Positions 20,495-30,862 are shown, numbered from the stretch's first letter. The stretch is 64,000 nucleotides of DNA from Nitrospirota bacterium (GCA_963740085.1 CAVUCU010000003.1:1-64000); one strand, 5' to 3'. The notes: generated by a model not told the origin, from the letters alone. Program-made: numbers and translations.

Positions 20495-20983
20495 TTACTT
20501 TTTCACGGCCTGCGGCTGCGGATATTTGCTGTCTTCTTGGTATATCAGCCTCTGAATTTCCTGCCGATGGGGGGCCGTTCTCAGGCTTTCCCGTAAAACA
20601 GGATTTTTGAGAATTCGGGATATTCGGGCAAGCGCCTTGAGATGATCTCCCGGTTTGTCTTCGGGCGTCACGAGTAGAAAAAAAAGAAAGACAGGTTTCG
20701 AGTCCATAGACTGGAAGTCGACCCCCTTGTTTGATCTGCCGAAGGCGACGATCATCTCGGAACCAATGTGCAGCTTGCCGTGAGGGATTGCCACCCCGTC
20801 ACCGATACCGGTGCTGCCGAGCGATTCGCGCTCGAGCAAAGCGCGCAGGAGTTCCTCTTCGCTGTCGACCCTGTTCATGGATTTGAGCAGTCGGGCAAAC
20901 TCGCGGAGGACCCCCGGCTTGTCGACTGCCTCGATCTCTTCGATGATCAGGTTATCCTGTAATAAGTCCCGAATCGTCGGCAT
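20495..20983 (-). CDS. ptsN: PTS EIIA-Ntr
   Basis: RESLGSTGIGDGVAIPHGK, HLKALARISR. Confidence 0.92.
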   Translation of the reverse strand: MPTIRDLLQDNLIIEEIEAVDKPGVLREFARLLKSMNRVDSEEELLRALLERESLGSTGIGDGVAIPHGKLHIGSEMIVAFGRSNKGVDFQSMDSKPVFLFFLLVTPEDKPGDHLKALARISRILKNPVLRESLRTAPHRQEIQRLIYQEDSKYPQPQAVKK

Positions 20984-20995
20984 CGCAACACATCC

Positions 20996-21532
20996 TTATT
21001 GAGCAGGCTCAATGAGCCCGACGTTCCCGTCTTTCAGCTTGTAGATGACGTTGACATGGCCGCTGGTGGCGTTTGCAAAGATGAAGAATTCCTTGTCCAG
21101 AAGCTCCATCTGCATAACGGCCTCTTCCGGCTGCATGGGCTTGAGATCAAAGCGTTTGGTTTTAATGATCTGCGGGATACGGTCGTCAGGGTGCGGCGAC
21201 TCTGAGACCCTGGCGACACCCTCGTCCTTGCTGCTTTGATGCTTGTGGTCAACCAGCTTTTCCTTGTATCTCCTGACCCGCCGCTCGAGCTTCGCGGTCA
21301 GGAGGTCGATCGCGGAATACATCTCTTCCGTTTCTTCCGATGCCTGGATCAGCAGGCCGTTTGATTTGATAACTGCCTCGGCGATATGGTGCACTTTTCT
21401 TACGACCGAAAGAGTAACGACCACCTGACTGTTATTTGCAAGATGCTTTTCCAATCTGCTAAACTTCTCCGTGGCATACTGTTTGAGCGCTTCCGTCGCC
21501 TCAATGTGCCTTCCTATCACCGTAACCTGCAT
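20996..21532 (-). CDS. hpf: Ribosome hibernation promoting factor (long HPF)
   Basis: GRHIEATEALKQY, MYSAID, KPMQPEEAVMQMELL, DGNVGLIEP. Confidence 0.95.
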   Translation of the reverse strand: MQVTVIGRHIEATEALKQYATEKFSRLEKHLANNSQVVVTLSVVRKVHHIAEAVIKSNGLLIQASEETEEMYSAIDLLTAKLERRVRRYKEKLVDHKHQSSKDEGVARVSESPHPDDRIPQIIKTKRFDLKPMQPEEAVMQMELLDKEFFIFANATSGHVNVIYKLKDGNVGLIEPAQ

Positions 21533-21655
21533 TCTGAACCCTCCTTGGTAGTGCTGAATTCATCAAATCCCACTTTTCAAATCGTTAACAGCTTGATATT
21601 TGGTTACTGAAATTTATCGGTCGTTTGGTGCTTGTTGATTGTAATTGGTGCTTAT

Positions 21656-23137
21656 TTAATTTCCCGTCCTCTTGCGAACGCTTGTTGGCGGGATCCTCAG
21701 TTCCTCGCGATATTTCGCCACGGTCCTTCTCGCAATCTCGATTCCCCGCTCTTTCAGAACATCGACGATCTGCTGGTCCTTGAGCGGCGTTACCGGGTCT
21801 TCCTCTTTGATCAATTTTTGGATCGTGTCTTTGACGGTCAGTGATGAGACATCGGCGCCGGATCCGTCAGAAAATCCCGTTGTAAAGAAGTACTTCATCT
21901 GGAAGATCCCCTGCGGGGTATGCATAAACTTATTCGTCGTCACACGACTGATCGTTGATTCGTGCATCCCGATGTCTTCAGCCACGTCCTTGAGAACCAT
22001 GGGCCTCAGGTGGGAGATACCCTGGTCCAAAAATTCGCCCTGGAACTTGACGATACTCTCGGCCACCCGGTAGATGGTCTTGTTTCGCTGCTCCATCCCC
22101 TTGATGAGCCACTGGGCCGAGCGCAAGCGCTCCTCGACATATTCCTTGGTCACCTTGTCAATGGCCTCGTTCCGGTTGAGCAGCTTGCGGTAATAGGGGT
22201 TGATGCGGACCCTCGGCAGCCCTTCGTCGTTGAGCTGCACCACGTAGCGGTCCTCTATCTTGAAAACATAGACGTCCGGCACTACATAGTTGGTGTCAGC
22301 GGAAAGGTAAGGCCTGCCGGGCTTCGGTTCCAGTTCGTGGATGATCGTCTGGGCTGCCTCCATGACCTCCTGGGGCGTTACATTGAGGTCTTTGGCAATG
22401 TTTAGATATTTTCTCTTCTCCAGATCGCCGAGGTGGTCGAGAATGATCTTCTCGACGAGCGTACCCTGAAGGTCCAGTTGCCTCACTTGGATCAGAAGAC
22501 ATTCCCGGAGGTCTCTTGCACCGATACCCAGGGGATCGAAACCCTGGATAAGATCGAGCGCCCGCTCCATCTCCCGTAAGGACACCCCGGACTGTTGCGC
22601 GAGCTCGTCGATCGTGGCGCGAAGATAACCGTCATCATCGAGGTTGCCGATGATCCATTCTCCGCCTTTCACCAGGCCGGGGTCCGATGACGAAAGGTGG
22701 AGCTGCCATAGCAGGTGATCGCTCAGAGAGGGGAGACGGGTCAGGGTCTGGTCGTATGAAGGAAGCTCTTTGTCATCCGCTTCGGCATTGCCGTAGTCGC
22801 GGCCGTCCCCCATCTCATTGAGATATTCGTCCCACTGAGGGCCGAGTTCGAGATCGCTCTTAAGCTCCTGGGTCCCTTCCTGCTCGGGTGCCGTCTCGGA
22901 CGGTTTTTCCGCGGCCGTTTGCAGTTCGGAAACGGCCTCGCCTTCTTCAGAAGATTGTTCCTCCCCTGACTCGTCGGAAGTCACCTCTTCAAGGACCGGA
23001 TTCTCGATCAGTTCCTGGGAGACCGACTGCGACAGTTCGAGACGCGACAACTGCAGCAGCTTGATAGCCTGCTGGAGCTGCGGCGTCATGATGAGTTTCT
23101 GCTGAAGTTTTAGTTCGAGCCGTGCTTCCATATTCAC
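21656..23137 (-). CDS. rpoN: RNA polymerase sigma-54 factor
   Basis: MTPQLQQAIKLLQ, MHESTISRVT, RpoN box ARRTVAKYRE. Confidence 0.98.
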   Translation of the reverse strand: MNMEARLELKLQQKLIMTPQLQQAIKLLQLSRLELSQSVSQELIENPVLEEVTSDESGEEQSSEEGEAVSELQTAAEKPSETAPEQEGTQELKSDLELGPQWDEYLNEMGDGRDYGNAEADDKELPSYDQTLTRLPSLSDHLLWQLHLSSSDPGLVKGGEWIIGNLDDDGYLRATIDELAQQSGVSLREMERALDLIQGFDPLGIGARDLRECLLIQVRQLDLQGTLVEKIILDHLGDLEKRKYLNIAKDLNVTPQEVMEAAQTIIHELEPKPGRPYLSADTNYVVPDVYVFKIEDRYVVQLNDEGLPRVRINPYYRKLLNRNEAIDKVTKEYVEERLRSAQWLIKGMEQRNKTIYRVAESIVKFQGEFLDQGISHLRPMVLKDVAEDIGMHESTISRVTTNKFMHTPQGIFQMKYFFTTGFSDGSGADVSSLTVKDTIQKLIKEEDPVTPLKDQQIVDVLKERGIEIARRTVAKYREELRIPPTSVRKRTGN

Positions 23138-23241
23138 TCAGGAGTCAGGTGAGAGACCAGAAAAAACAGGGCATCGACATGCTCTCCTGAATTCTGTCTT
23201 CCGACGGTTCCTGACTCTTCTTTCTCTGATGCCTCTATAAT

Positions 23242-23973
23242 CTATAACCGAAAATCCTCACCCAGGTAAAATTGCCGTACCTGGGGGCTTGCCATGATTT
23301 CAGCCGCGCTGCCCGCCTTGATGATCTCCCCCTCGCTGATGATATACGCCCGGTCGGTAATCGCGAGTGTTTCCCTGACATTGTGATCGGTAATCAGTAT
23401 CCCGATTCCCTTGGTCTTCAGGAGCGAAATGATGCCCTGAATATCCTGAACCGCCAGAGGGTCGATCCCGGCAAACGGCTCATCCAGAAGGATAAACTTC
23501 GGAGACAGCGTAAGGGCGCGGGCAATCTCAACTCTCCGCCGCTCCCCTCCGGAAAGCGTATAGGCCATGTTCCCAGCCAGGTGCGCGATTCCCAATTCGC
23601 CCAGAAGGAGGTCCCGTCGCTCCCTGCGTTCAATTCCTGAAAGATCCATGGTCTCAAGGATGGCCATCAGGTTCTCAGCAACGGTCAGTTTCCTGAAGAC
23701 GGACGGTTCCTGGGGCAGATAGCCGATGCCGTTCTTTGCCCGCTGATACATCGGCATTTTTGTGATATCCGCCCCATCCAGAAGCACCCTGCCCTTGTCC
23801 GGCCGCACAAGCCCGACGACCATGTAGAACATCGTGGTCTTGCCCGCCCCGTTCGGTCCAAGGAGCCCGACGACCTCTCCATGTTTGACCAGCAAGCTTA
23901 TACCCCGGACGACATTCCGGCCGCGGTAGCTCTTTTCCAGTTTTATTGCCTCAAGCGCCTGCATGTCATCCAT
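23242..23973 (-). CDS. lptB: LPS export ABC ATPase
   Basis: [56 protein letters not shown]. Confidence 0.97.
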   Translation of the reverse strand: MDDMQALEAIKLEKSYRGRNVVRGISLLVKHGEVVGLLGPNGAGKTTMFYMVVGLVRPDKGRVLLDGADITKMPMYQRAKNGIGYLPQEPSVFRKLTVAENLMAILETMDLSGIERRERRDLLLGELGIAHLAGNMAYTLSGGERRRVEIARALTLSPKFILLDEPFAGIDPLAVQDIQGIISLLKTKGIGILITDHNVRETLAITDRAYIISEGEIIKAGSAAEIMASPQVRQFYLGEDFRL

Positions 23974-23978
23974 GTTAA

Positions 23979-24479
23979 TTACTTTCTCTTCCCGGTCTCC
24001 AGTGACTTGTCCTTGTAAAAGATTACCTTTCCCTTGCCTTCGATGATGCTGCGATCATCGGCCATGAACAGCGTTATTTTTTCTCCGCCGATCTTGTTCT
24101 CGTTCTCTATGATGCTGGCATCTCCGGTGAGAACGATCGTTTCCCCCTTGCGGGAATACACGGCATTGTTCGAGTGAGCCACCCTGCCGTCTTTGCGCAC
24201 CACGACGTTGCCATGGGCGTCGACCTCCCTGATGTCCTTCGACCTGGCATTGTAAAACACGATGATGACATCCGACGAAAGCGTCATCCCTTCTTTTTTA
24301 AGAGTTACATTCTCCGTAAAGGTTACCTTGTCGCCGAGCTTTTCCGCATGCATGCGGTTCGAGGTTATTACCAGGGGTTCCCGGGTGTTCTTATCGCGAC
24401 GCGCATTCCCGGATGTCGCCGCAATGAGAAGCAGGGATGAAGCGAGGAACAGGCTATTCCTGAAGCACCGCTTTAACAT
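23979..24479 (-). CDS. lptA: LPS transport periplasmic protein LptA/OstA
   Basis: Signal peptide, [23 protein letters not shown]; between lptC and lptB. Confidence 0.85.
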   Translation of the reverse strand: MLKRCFRNSLFLASSLLLIAATSGNARRDKNTREPLVITSNRMHAEKLGDKVTFTENVTLKKEGMTLSSDVIIVFYNARSKDIREVDAHGNVVVRKDGRVAHSNNAVYSRKGETIVLTGDASIIENENKIGGEKITLFMADDRSIIEGKGKVIFYKDKSLETGKRK

Positions 24480-25020
24480 CGTTCTTGACCATGATCGTAC
24501 GCATGTCCACATTCGCCGACATTCCCGTCCCTTCGAGGTAAATCTCGCTTCCGAGCAGCTTGAACGGATCGGCGGTCCAGACAACCCGTTCACCCGCCTT
24601 CCAGAAGAGCGAGTCAGTTGTCAGCAGATAGCCGTCACTCGTAATAACCCTGACCTCCCGGGTCACCCGGCGGATGGAAGCGTTCCCGCTTGCGGTATCC
24701 ATGGTCCCCGTTTCACCAAGGATTGTTGACTCCTTGTTCTCGGGGCTTGTAAATACAATTTTTATGTCCTGTAGTTGAGCTTCCTTGTTCTCGTACAGGT
24801 CGGCACTCCTGGCATCCATGCGCCATGAGACTCTTCCGTTCTCGGACTGGGTGAACCGAAACCCGTCCATGCTCATAATCAGCCGCTTTCCAGGGGCAGG
24901 ATGAAAGAGGGAAGGCACGGCAATATCCCTCCCTCGCATAAGCAGGTAACTACCGAAGGCAATTGCCGCGATAACGAGCACTGCAGCAGTCACTTTATAA
25001 AAATTCACATTGAACATCAT
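24454..25020 (-). CDS. lptC: LPS export protein LptC
   Basis: N-terminal TM, beta-rich, LTTDSLFW; synteny with lptA and lptB. Confidence 0.8.
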   Translation of the reverse strand: MMFNVNFYKVTAAVLVIAAIAFGSYLLMRGRDIAVPSLFHPAPGKRLIMSMDGFRFTQSENGRVSWRMDARSADLYENKEAQLQDIKIVFTSPENKESTILGETGTMDTASGNASIRRVTREVRVITSDGYLLTTDSLFWKAGERVVWTADPFKLLGSEIYLEGTGMSANVDMRTIMVKNDVKAVLQE

Positions 25021-25140
25021 GAACGAATACCTGAAGAGTGTATGGCGGCCTGCAGGGCCGCCATATGCATAATTTATACCACAGGTTCCGGTTTCTGTAA
25101 AGACCTAAATCGTGACAGGAAAAAACACCGGGGGAAAATG

Positions 25141-26412
25141 CTATTGTGGGGAACCTTGTCGCGCCTTGAGGACGGATAATTCCTGCTCCTTCTCCAGCAG
25201 GAGACGCTCGAGATGAATTCGGAAAGATATGTCACGCACCACGGACTGGACAAACCGTTTACCCATAAGGGAAAGCCGTACCGCGCTCACCTCAACAGAA
25301 ACCACAGTGCCGTCGACCCTCCGAAGCTCTCCGGACCTGACCGATGGTCGTCCTTCTCCGACCTCCGCGAGAATTTCCCGCGGCCCGGCGGGGTCGACAA
25401 AGAGCTCGAACAGGTTTTTATGAAGCAGATCATACTTCGTTGCCCCGGTAAGGATGGCCGCCTGTTCGTTCGCAAATACGATGTCTCCGTTTGCAGCAAG
25501 AACGAAAATGGATTCGGCGGCGTTTTCAACAAGCGTCCGGTATCGTTCTTCCGAGGCCCTGAGTTCCTCGGTCTTTTCGGCGACCCACTGCTCCAGTTCG
25601 GAGTTCATCTTGCGCAACTCCACCTGCATCTGTTCGTTCTGGATCGTCGTGGAAAGGATCCCGGAGAGCGTTGTGAAAAAATTGATTTCTTCGTCGGTAA
25701 AGGTCTTTGCTTTGGCGTAGAACACTTCCATGATCCCGACAAGAGCACCATTAGAATATACATAGAGCGGGAGGCAATAGAGCGACTGGTAACCGCTCAA
25801 TGACAGACCGGTTATCTCACGGAATCTCGTATCATTTCGATAATCTTTGAGCGTGACCGGCTCAAGCCTCCGCCCGACCCATCCTTCGATCCCCTCGCCG
25901 AGCGGGATGCGAACGTTGCCGACCGCGGATTCCTGTACACCGTTGGTCGCCGCAAGCAGCAGCTCGTCCTTGTTCTTATCATAGAAGTAAATGAAACAGG
26001 CATCGGCCTCCATGACCCTGGCGGTAGTATCAGCAACATCCTTCAGCCGGTTCGAGAAAAGCCGGGGCGAGTTCGCCGCATAATTCAGGTCATAAACGCC
26101 AAGGAACTTAACGAACAGGTCGTCCTTGATATCGAGAAGCTCCTCCTGCTTCAAATGCAGTTCGAGGTTGGCGTCCTCCAGACGGCGATAATACGGGAAG
26201 ATGATCTTTCCGTACAGAACAAATGACGCCAGTGGGATAAGGGGGACCAGTGCTAATGCGAGGAGAACAGTATACCGGTGATCAAGCGCAGCGAAGTATC
26301 CCGCTGTCGCACCGAGGAGAACCGCAGCAGCCAGAATAAGTGATAGTATGAAAACCAGGATACCCTTGTTGTGTTCGAAACCGCCCTGCGGCATTCTTCG
26401 TACCTCCGTCAT
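25141..26412 (-). CDS. Membrane-anchored GAF + PAS protein without an output domain
   Basis: 2 TMs; GAF (LLLAATNG..GEGIEGWV); SEERYRTLVENA PAS; ends shortly after RDIS. Confidence 0.75.
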   Translation of the reverse strand: MTEVRRMPQGGFEHNKGILVFILSLILAAAVLLGATAGYFAALDHRYTVLLALALVPLIPLASFVLYGKIIFPYYRRLEDANLELHLKQEELLDIKDDLFVKFLGVYDLNYAANSPRLFSNRLKDVADTTARVMEADACFIYFYDKNKDELLLAATNGVQESAVGNVRIPLGEGIEGWVGRRLEPVTLKDYRNDTRFREITGLSLSGYQSLYCLPLYVYSNGALVGIMEVFYAKAKTFTDEEINFFTTLSGILSTTIQNEQMQVELRKMNSELEQWVAEKTEELRASEERYRTLVENAAESIFVLAANGDIVFANEQAAILTGATKYDLLHKNLFELFVDPAGPREILAEVGEGRPSVRSGELRRVDGTVVSVEVSAVRLSLMGKRFVQSVVRDISFRIHLERLLLEKEQELSVLKARQGSPQ

Positions 26413-26438
26413 AAGTTCCCCCTCCACTGGAGGGAGTG

Positions 26439-27272
26439 TTACCGGTTTTTTACGAGGCGAACCAGGTCACTCACCGCCTGATCAACATGGACCGGCACAT
26501 CAACAGGCACACCCTGGTCCCGCAGCTTGAGAAAAAGTTCCGTGAGGATCGGCGGGTCGATGTTGGACGCCTTCAGCGCTTCAACCTGCAAAAATATATC
26601 CGCCGGCGTCCCGGCAGTGATCACGCCGTGCCCTTTGGCGAGCACATACACCCGGTCGGCGAACCCTGAGACCAGGTTGAGGTCATGCGTGGACATAACG
26701 ATTGTCATGCCCTCGCCATTCCGCTTGTTCAACAACGCTACCAGTTCTGTCCGCGACCGGGAGTCGAGCCCTTCGAACGGCTCATCCAGGATCAACAGTT
26801 CCGGCCGCATGACAAGCGCTCCGGCGAGAGCCACTTTCCGCTTCTCCCCGCCGGACAGGTAGTGGCAGATCTTGTCGCGCAGGTGCCGGATCCCGAGTTC
26901 ATCCATGACCTGCTCGACCATGTGGCCGCTCTCTTTCTTCCCGTATCCGTAATTCCGGGGGGAAAAGGAGATGTCGTCCCATACCGTGGGAGAAAGGATC
27001 TGGTCATCCACGTTCTGGAGCAGCACTCCGATGCGCTCCCGTATGTCATTGTAACGTCCCGCGGGATTAACGCCGAACACGGCAACCTTGCCCTCGTTGG
27101 GTGCGAGCAGACCCAGAATGTGATAGAGAAGAGTGGTTTTGCCTGATCCATTTCCGCCGAGCACCACGACCCGCTCCCCGCGTTTTACGACGAAGTCAAG
27201 ACCGCAGATATGGATCTCGGTGGTGTCGGGATATATGTGCTTGAGACAGCTTACCGTGACGATGGTTTCCAT
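26439..27272 (-). CDS. cbiO: ECF transporter ATPase (CbiO/NikO)
   Basis: GGNGSGKTT, QNVDDQI, LSGGEKRKVALAG, LDEP. Confidence 0.88.
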   Translation of the reverse strand: METIVTVSCLKHIYPDTTEIHICGLDFVVKRGERVVVLGGNGSGKTTLLYHILGLLAPNEGKVAVFGVNPAGRYNDIRERIGVLLQNVDDQILSPTVWDDISFSPRNYGYGKKESGHMVEQVMDELGIRHLRDKICHYLSGGEKRKVALAGALVMRPELLILDEPFEGLDSRSRTELVALLNKRNGEGMTIVMSTHDLNLVSGFADRVYVLAKGHGVITAGTPADIFLQVEALKASNIDPPILTELFLKLRDQGVPVDVPVHVDQAVSDLVRLVKNR

Positions 27273-27328
27273 AAACCTCTTTAAAAGCAGTTTTTGACGA
27301 TTCCTTCCGCCTTCTGTCGTTAGGACCT

Positions 27329-28033
27329 TTACTTCCAGAAAAGCACCAGCACGAGTACCGCGCTTCCGGTCCCGAGTGGAAGCCAATCTTCCCGCTGGAA
27401 GCGTACAGAACCCCGTTCTGCCATACTGCCGCTGTATCCCCGAACCACCATGACCGCGTAGAGGCTCGAGGCGCGCTCTACCGCCCTCACCAGAAGCATC
27501 CCGATGCCTTTTGAAATATTGGCGCTGTTCTTAAACAGGCTTCCGGGAGAGAATCCGCCGCGCAGGCGTATGGCCGCGGCAAAATTGTCCATCATATCGA
27601 GGAGGATAAAGAGCGTCCGATAGGTCATGAACAGGCCCGCTGCCAGGATCTCGGGAAGCACTGCGCTGAACAGGGAAAAGATCCTCGGATAGGGAGTGCT
27701 CACAATGAGCATGAGCACGGCAAATGAAGGAGTTATTGCCTTGACGATAAAGAGCGCGGCAAGCCACCATCCTCCCCGGAGACTGATCGCATACAAGATC
27801 GCAAACAGAGCGCCATACCAGGACAACCCCATCACCCGGAACCAGGGAAGCCCTGACGCCGCTGCCACGGCAAGCAGAACCCCGTATCCTATTATGAGCG
27901 GATAGGGGTTTCGGGAGATGACCGCGGACGAGACCACGAGCAGCAGAAAAAGTATTTTCGCGGGAGTTGAGGCCCTGTGGAAGGGTCCGGACCCCGTTGC
28001 GGCCCAAAAATCGATCCTGGCGACATCTATCAC
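27329..28033 (-). CDS. cbiQ: ECF T component (CbiQ/NikQ)
   Basis: Hydrophobic; RLRGG and VVRGY motifs. Confidence 0.85.
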   Translation of the reverse strand: MIDVARIDFWAATGSGPFHRASTPAKILFLLLVVSSAVISRNPYPLIIGYGVLLAVAAASGLPWFRVMGLSWYGALFAILYAISLRGGWWLAALFIVKAITPSFAVLMLIVSTPYPRIFSLFSAVLPEILAAGLFMTYRTLFILLDMMDNFAAAIRLRGGFSPGSLFKNSANISKGIGMLLVRAVERASSLYAVMVVRGYSGSMAERGSVRFQREDWLPLGTGSAVLVLVLFWK

Positions 28034-28043
28034 GGCAGGTTCC

Positions 28044-28739
28044 TCATTTGTTATCGGCCGACTTTTCACGATGCAGCGCATGGTCAAGCAGATCCGGCTT
28101 GACCTGCGAGATGAACCTTACCACTGCACCGGTGATCGCCGCTTCTATGATCCAACCGATGCTCCCGAGCGATAACACCATGATCGCGAACATCCGCACG
28201 GACACCTGTCCCTGGTGGAGGAATCCATGCTCGTCGCCATGGCTCATGAGTTCCGGCCTGATATGGGCAACAGCTACGATGCCTATCAGTGCAAGTGTCG
28301 TCATGAAGAGGGTCAGGACCGTCGCGGCCGCGGCGCTCCAGAACACGGAGATGCGGTTCTTAAACAGATAAAACAGCAGATGACCCAGGACCGCCTCGGA
28401 ACCGAGGAGCAGCGTATTGAGGCCGATCACCGTAATCCCGCCGTGGCCCATGAGTGCAAGAATGAGGTTCGCGATAAACGCCGCCAGAAAACCGAGGGCC
28501 GGACCAAGGAGAATTCCGGCAACGACCGAGAGGTTGATATGATAGGCCAAAGGAAGGATCTCGAGACTCATAGCCACAAGCATTGCAGCGCTCACCGCTC
28601 CGAGAAGAGGGATCTTTTTGGCCTTGTCTATCCCCCTGAGCCGGAACAGGCAGAACCCGACGGCAAGCGCCATCACGATCAAGCCGGTCAACCAGAGACT
28701 TACCGGCAGGACGCCGTCTGGAATGTGCATGTGGGTCAT
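28044..28739 (-). CDS. cbiM: ECF S component CbiM/NikM
   Basis: MHIPDG metal-binding N-terminus, GILLGP, GHGGITVIGLN. Confidence 0.9.
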   Translation of the reverse strand: MTHMHIPDGVLPVSLWLTGLIVMALAVGFCLFRLRGIDKAKKIPLLGAVSAAMLVAMSLEILPLAYHINLSVVAGILLGPALGFLAAFIANLILALMGHGGITVIGLNTLLLGSEAVLGHLLFYLFKNRISVFWSAAAATVLTLFMTTLALIGIVAVAHIRPELMSHGDEHGFLHQGQVSVRMFAIMVLSLGSIGWIIEAAITGAVVRFISQVKPDLLDHALHREKSADNK

Positions 28740-28932
28740 GACAAGACCTTCTTGGCGCTATCCCCCAATTTCAAACCACCAACCCTCGGATAAATTCCAG
28801 ACAAATAAATAATAATTGACATCTCCCTGTGGAATCCCTTTTCTCCACCGTCTCCCCGCCGGGGAAACTAAACCTGCGCGTTGCAATTGTCAGGTGATGC
28901 GCGGTGCTTGAATTTCATGTTGACTGTTGTCG

Positions 28933-29319
28933 TCACCGGTCCCCCTTGCCCTCCCGGTTGATGGAAATAACTTTTCCACTGCTGCTTATGAAGATATTCA
29001 CCCCCCAGCTGACAAGGCTGATGACCAGTGCCCCGAAAAACGCGGACCGGAAAGACTCTATCGCGAAACCGGGCACCAAAGCCGAAACAAGCATAAGCAT
29101 CGCGGCATTGACCACCAGGGTGAACAGTCCAAGTGTCAGGAGATTGATAGGAAGCGTCAGGACAAGCACCACCGGCCTGATCACCGCGTTCACCATGCCA
29201 AGTATCCCGGCGGCGATGATGCCCATTCCCAGGCTCTCTATTCTGATTCCCTTGATCACTGAACCCGCAACCACAAGAGCCAGCAGGTTGATGGACACGC
29301 GCAGGAGAAACCCTAACAT
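28933..29319 (-). CDS. YvlD/DUF360 4-TM membrane protein (phage-holin-4 family)
   Basis: GMVNAVIRPVVLVLTLPINLLTLGLFTLVVNA. Confidence 0.9.
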   Translation of the reverse strand: MLGFLLRVSINLLALVVAGSVIKGIRIESLGMGIIAAGILGMVNAVIRPVVLVLTLPINLLTLGLFTLVVNAAMLMLVSALVPGFAIESFRSAFFGALVISLVSWGVNIFISSSGKVISINREGKGDR

Positions 29320-29469
29320 ACGACCTCCTCGAACAAAAAAAGCTTATCATACTTCCACCCGCTTTGCAACCGCGGAAAGGGATGCTATTTGAACTGAAAC
29401 AATATTTATTTGCATATATATTCGGCATCACCAAGTGTCTGTTGCCTCCGGGATGTCAGAAGAATCTCA

Positions 29470-29498
29470 TTGACTTTGAGCGTTCAGTATGCTAAAAA
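29470..29498 (+). promoter_or_regulatory. sigma70-type promoter of the aminotransferase
   Basis: TTGACT-17 nt-TAAAAA with extended -10 TG. Confidence 0.55.
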
Positions 29499-29552
29499 AT
29501 CTAGATTATCAGAGCATTGTGATTGCAATCTACTGTAAAGAACGGGTATTCC

Positions 29553-30755
29553 ATGAGCATGGGAATTGCAAAAAGGGCGCAGTCCATCAAACCCTCCCCC
29601 ACGCTGGCTACAGCGGCAAAAGCCAAGTCCATGAAGGCTCAGGGGATCGATGTCGTGGATTTCGGCGTGGGAGAACCTGATTTTGACACGCCGGAGAACG
29701 TAAAACAGGCGGGCATCAAGGCGATCCAGTCAGGGTTCACGAAGTATACCCCCGCCGGCGGCACGGACGAGTTGAAAGAAGCGGTCATAGAGAAGTTCAA
29801 GAGAGACAATAATCTCTCGTATGAAAAGTCCCAGATCCTGATCTCCTGCGGGGCAAAACACAGCCTCTATAATATAGCTGAAGCGTTGTTCGATCCCGGA
29901 GACGAGGTCATCATCCCCTCACCCTACTGGGTCTCCTATCCCGATCAGGTGCTCTTGAACGACGCAACACCCGTCATTGTCGAGACCACGGAGGCGGAAG
30001 GATTCAAGCTCTCGGCACAGAAACTCGAAAAGGCCATCACCAAAAAGACCAAGGCGCTGGTGCTGAACAGCCCCTCCAATCCCACCGGGCTTGCGTACGA
30101 CAAGAAAACACTCGAAGAGATCGCGGCAATTGCGGTGAAGCACGGGATATATGTGATCTCCGACGAGATCTACGAAAAACTGCTCTATGACGGGTTCACG
30201 CATTTCAGCATCGCCTCGTTTAACCAGGAGATAAGGGGCCTGACCATCGTGGTAAACGGCGTGTCCAAGTCACACTCCATGACCGGCTGGCGCATCGGCT
30301 ATGCCGCCGGCCCCAAAGAGGTCATTACCGCCATGGCCAATATCCAGAGTCAGAGCACCTCGAACCCGTGCTCCATCTCCCAAAAAGCGGCTCTTGAAGC
30401 TCTCCGGGGCCCGCAGGATTTTATCAGAACCATGGGCGTCGAATTCGACAAAAGAAGAAGATATATGGTGGAACGTCTGAACAGAATCCAGGGAGTTTCC
30501 TGTCTGATGCCTGTGGGGGCATTCTACGCCTTTCCGAACGTTGCAAAGCTGTATGGAAGATCGATCCAGGGAAAGACGATTAAAAATTCATCGGACCTCG
30601 CAGCGTATCTGCTAGAAGAAGCAAAGGTGGCGCTCGTTTCTGGCGATGCCTTCGGCGCGGATCCGTACATCCGGCTCTCCTATGCCACCTCCATGGAGAA
30701 CATTCAAAAGGGACTCGACAGGATAGAAAAAGCGATACGTGCATTGCAGAAATGA
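29553..30755 (+). CDS. aspC: Aspartate aminotransferase (class I PLP)
   Basis: GEPDFDTP, NSPSNPTG, SDEIY, GVSKSHSMTGWRIG (Lys intact). Confidence 0.93.
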   Translation: MSMGIAKRAQSIKPSPTLATAAKAKSMKAQGIDVVDFGVGEPDFDTPENVKQAGIKAIQSGFTKYTPAGGTDELKEAVIEKFKRDNNLSYEKSQILISCGAKHSLYNIAEALFDPGDEVIIPSPYWVSYPDQVLLNDATPVIVETTEAEGFKLSAQKLEKAITKKTKALVLNSPSNPTGLAYDKKTLEEIAAIAVKHGIYVISDEIYEKLLYDGFTHFSIASFNQEIRGLTIVVNGVSKSHSMTGWRIGYAAGPKEVITAMANIQSQSTSNPCSISQKAALEALRGPQDFIRTMGVEFDKRRRYMVERLNRIQGVSCLMPVGAFYAFPNVAKLYGRSIQGKTIKNSSDLAAYLLEEAKVALVSGDAFGADPYIRLSYATSMENIQKGLDRIEKAIRALQK

Positions 30756-30773
30756 CTCGGGAGGTCATTTTTT
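30750..30773 (+). terminator. Intrinsic terminator
   Basis: AAATGAC...GTCATTT stem followed by a T run at the aspC stop. Confidence 0.55.
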
Positions 30774-30779
30774 ATAGCC

Positions 30780-30862
30780 GTCATTCCCGAATATTTTGAT
30801 CGGGAAGCCAGAAGTCCTCAAAGATAGATACCGGGCTCCTGATAAAGGTATTCGGGGAGGAC
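30780..30862. repeat. GTCATTCCCG-type REP-like palindromic element
   Basis: GTCATTCCCGA..TCGGGAA with distal arm TATTCGGGGAGGAC; second copy at 40098. Confidence 0.55.

Noticed and set aside
28740-28930. Cobalamin or NiCo riboswitch upstream of cbiM
   Set aside because: No B12-box or four-way-junction consensus seen; the region looks like a periodic inverted-repeat element
28933-29319. Prophage holin
   Set aside because: YvlD/DUF360 is a common chromosomal membrane protein and no phage genes are nearby
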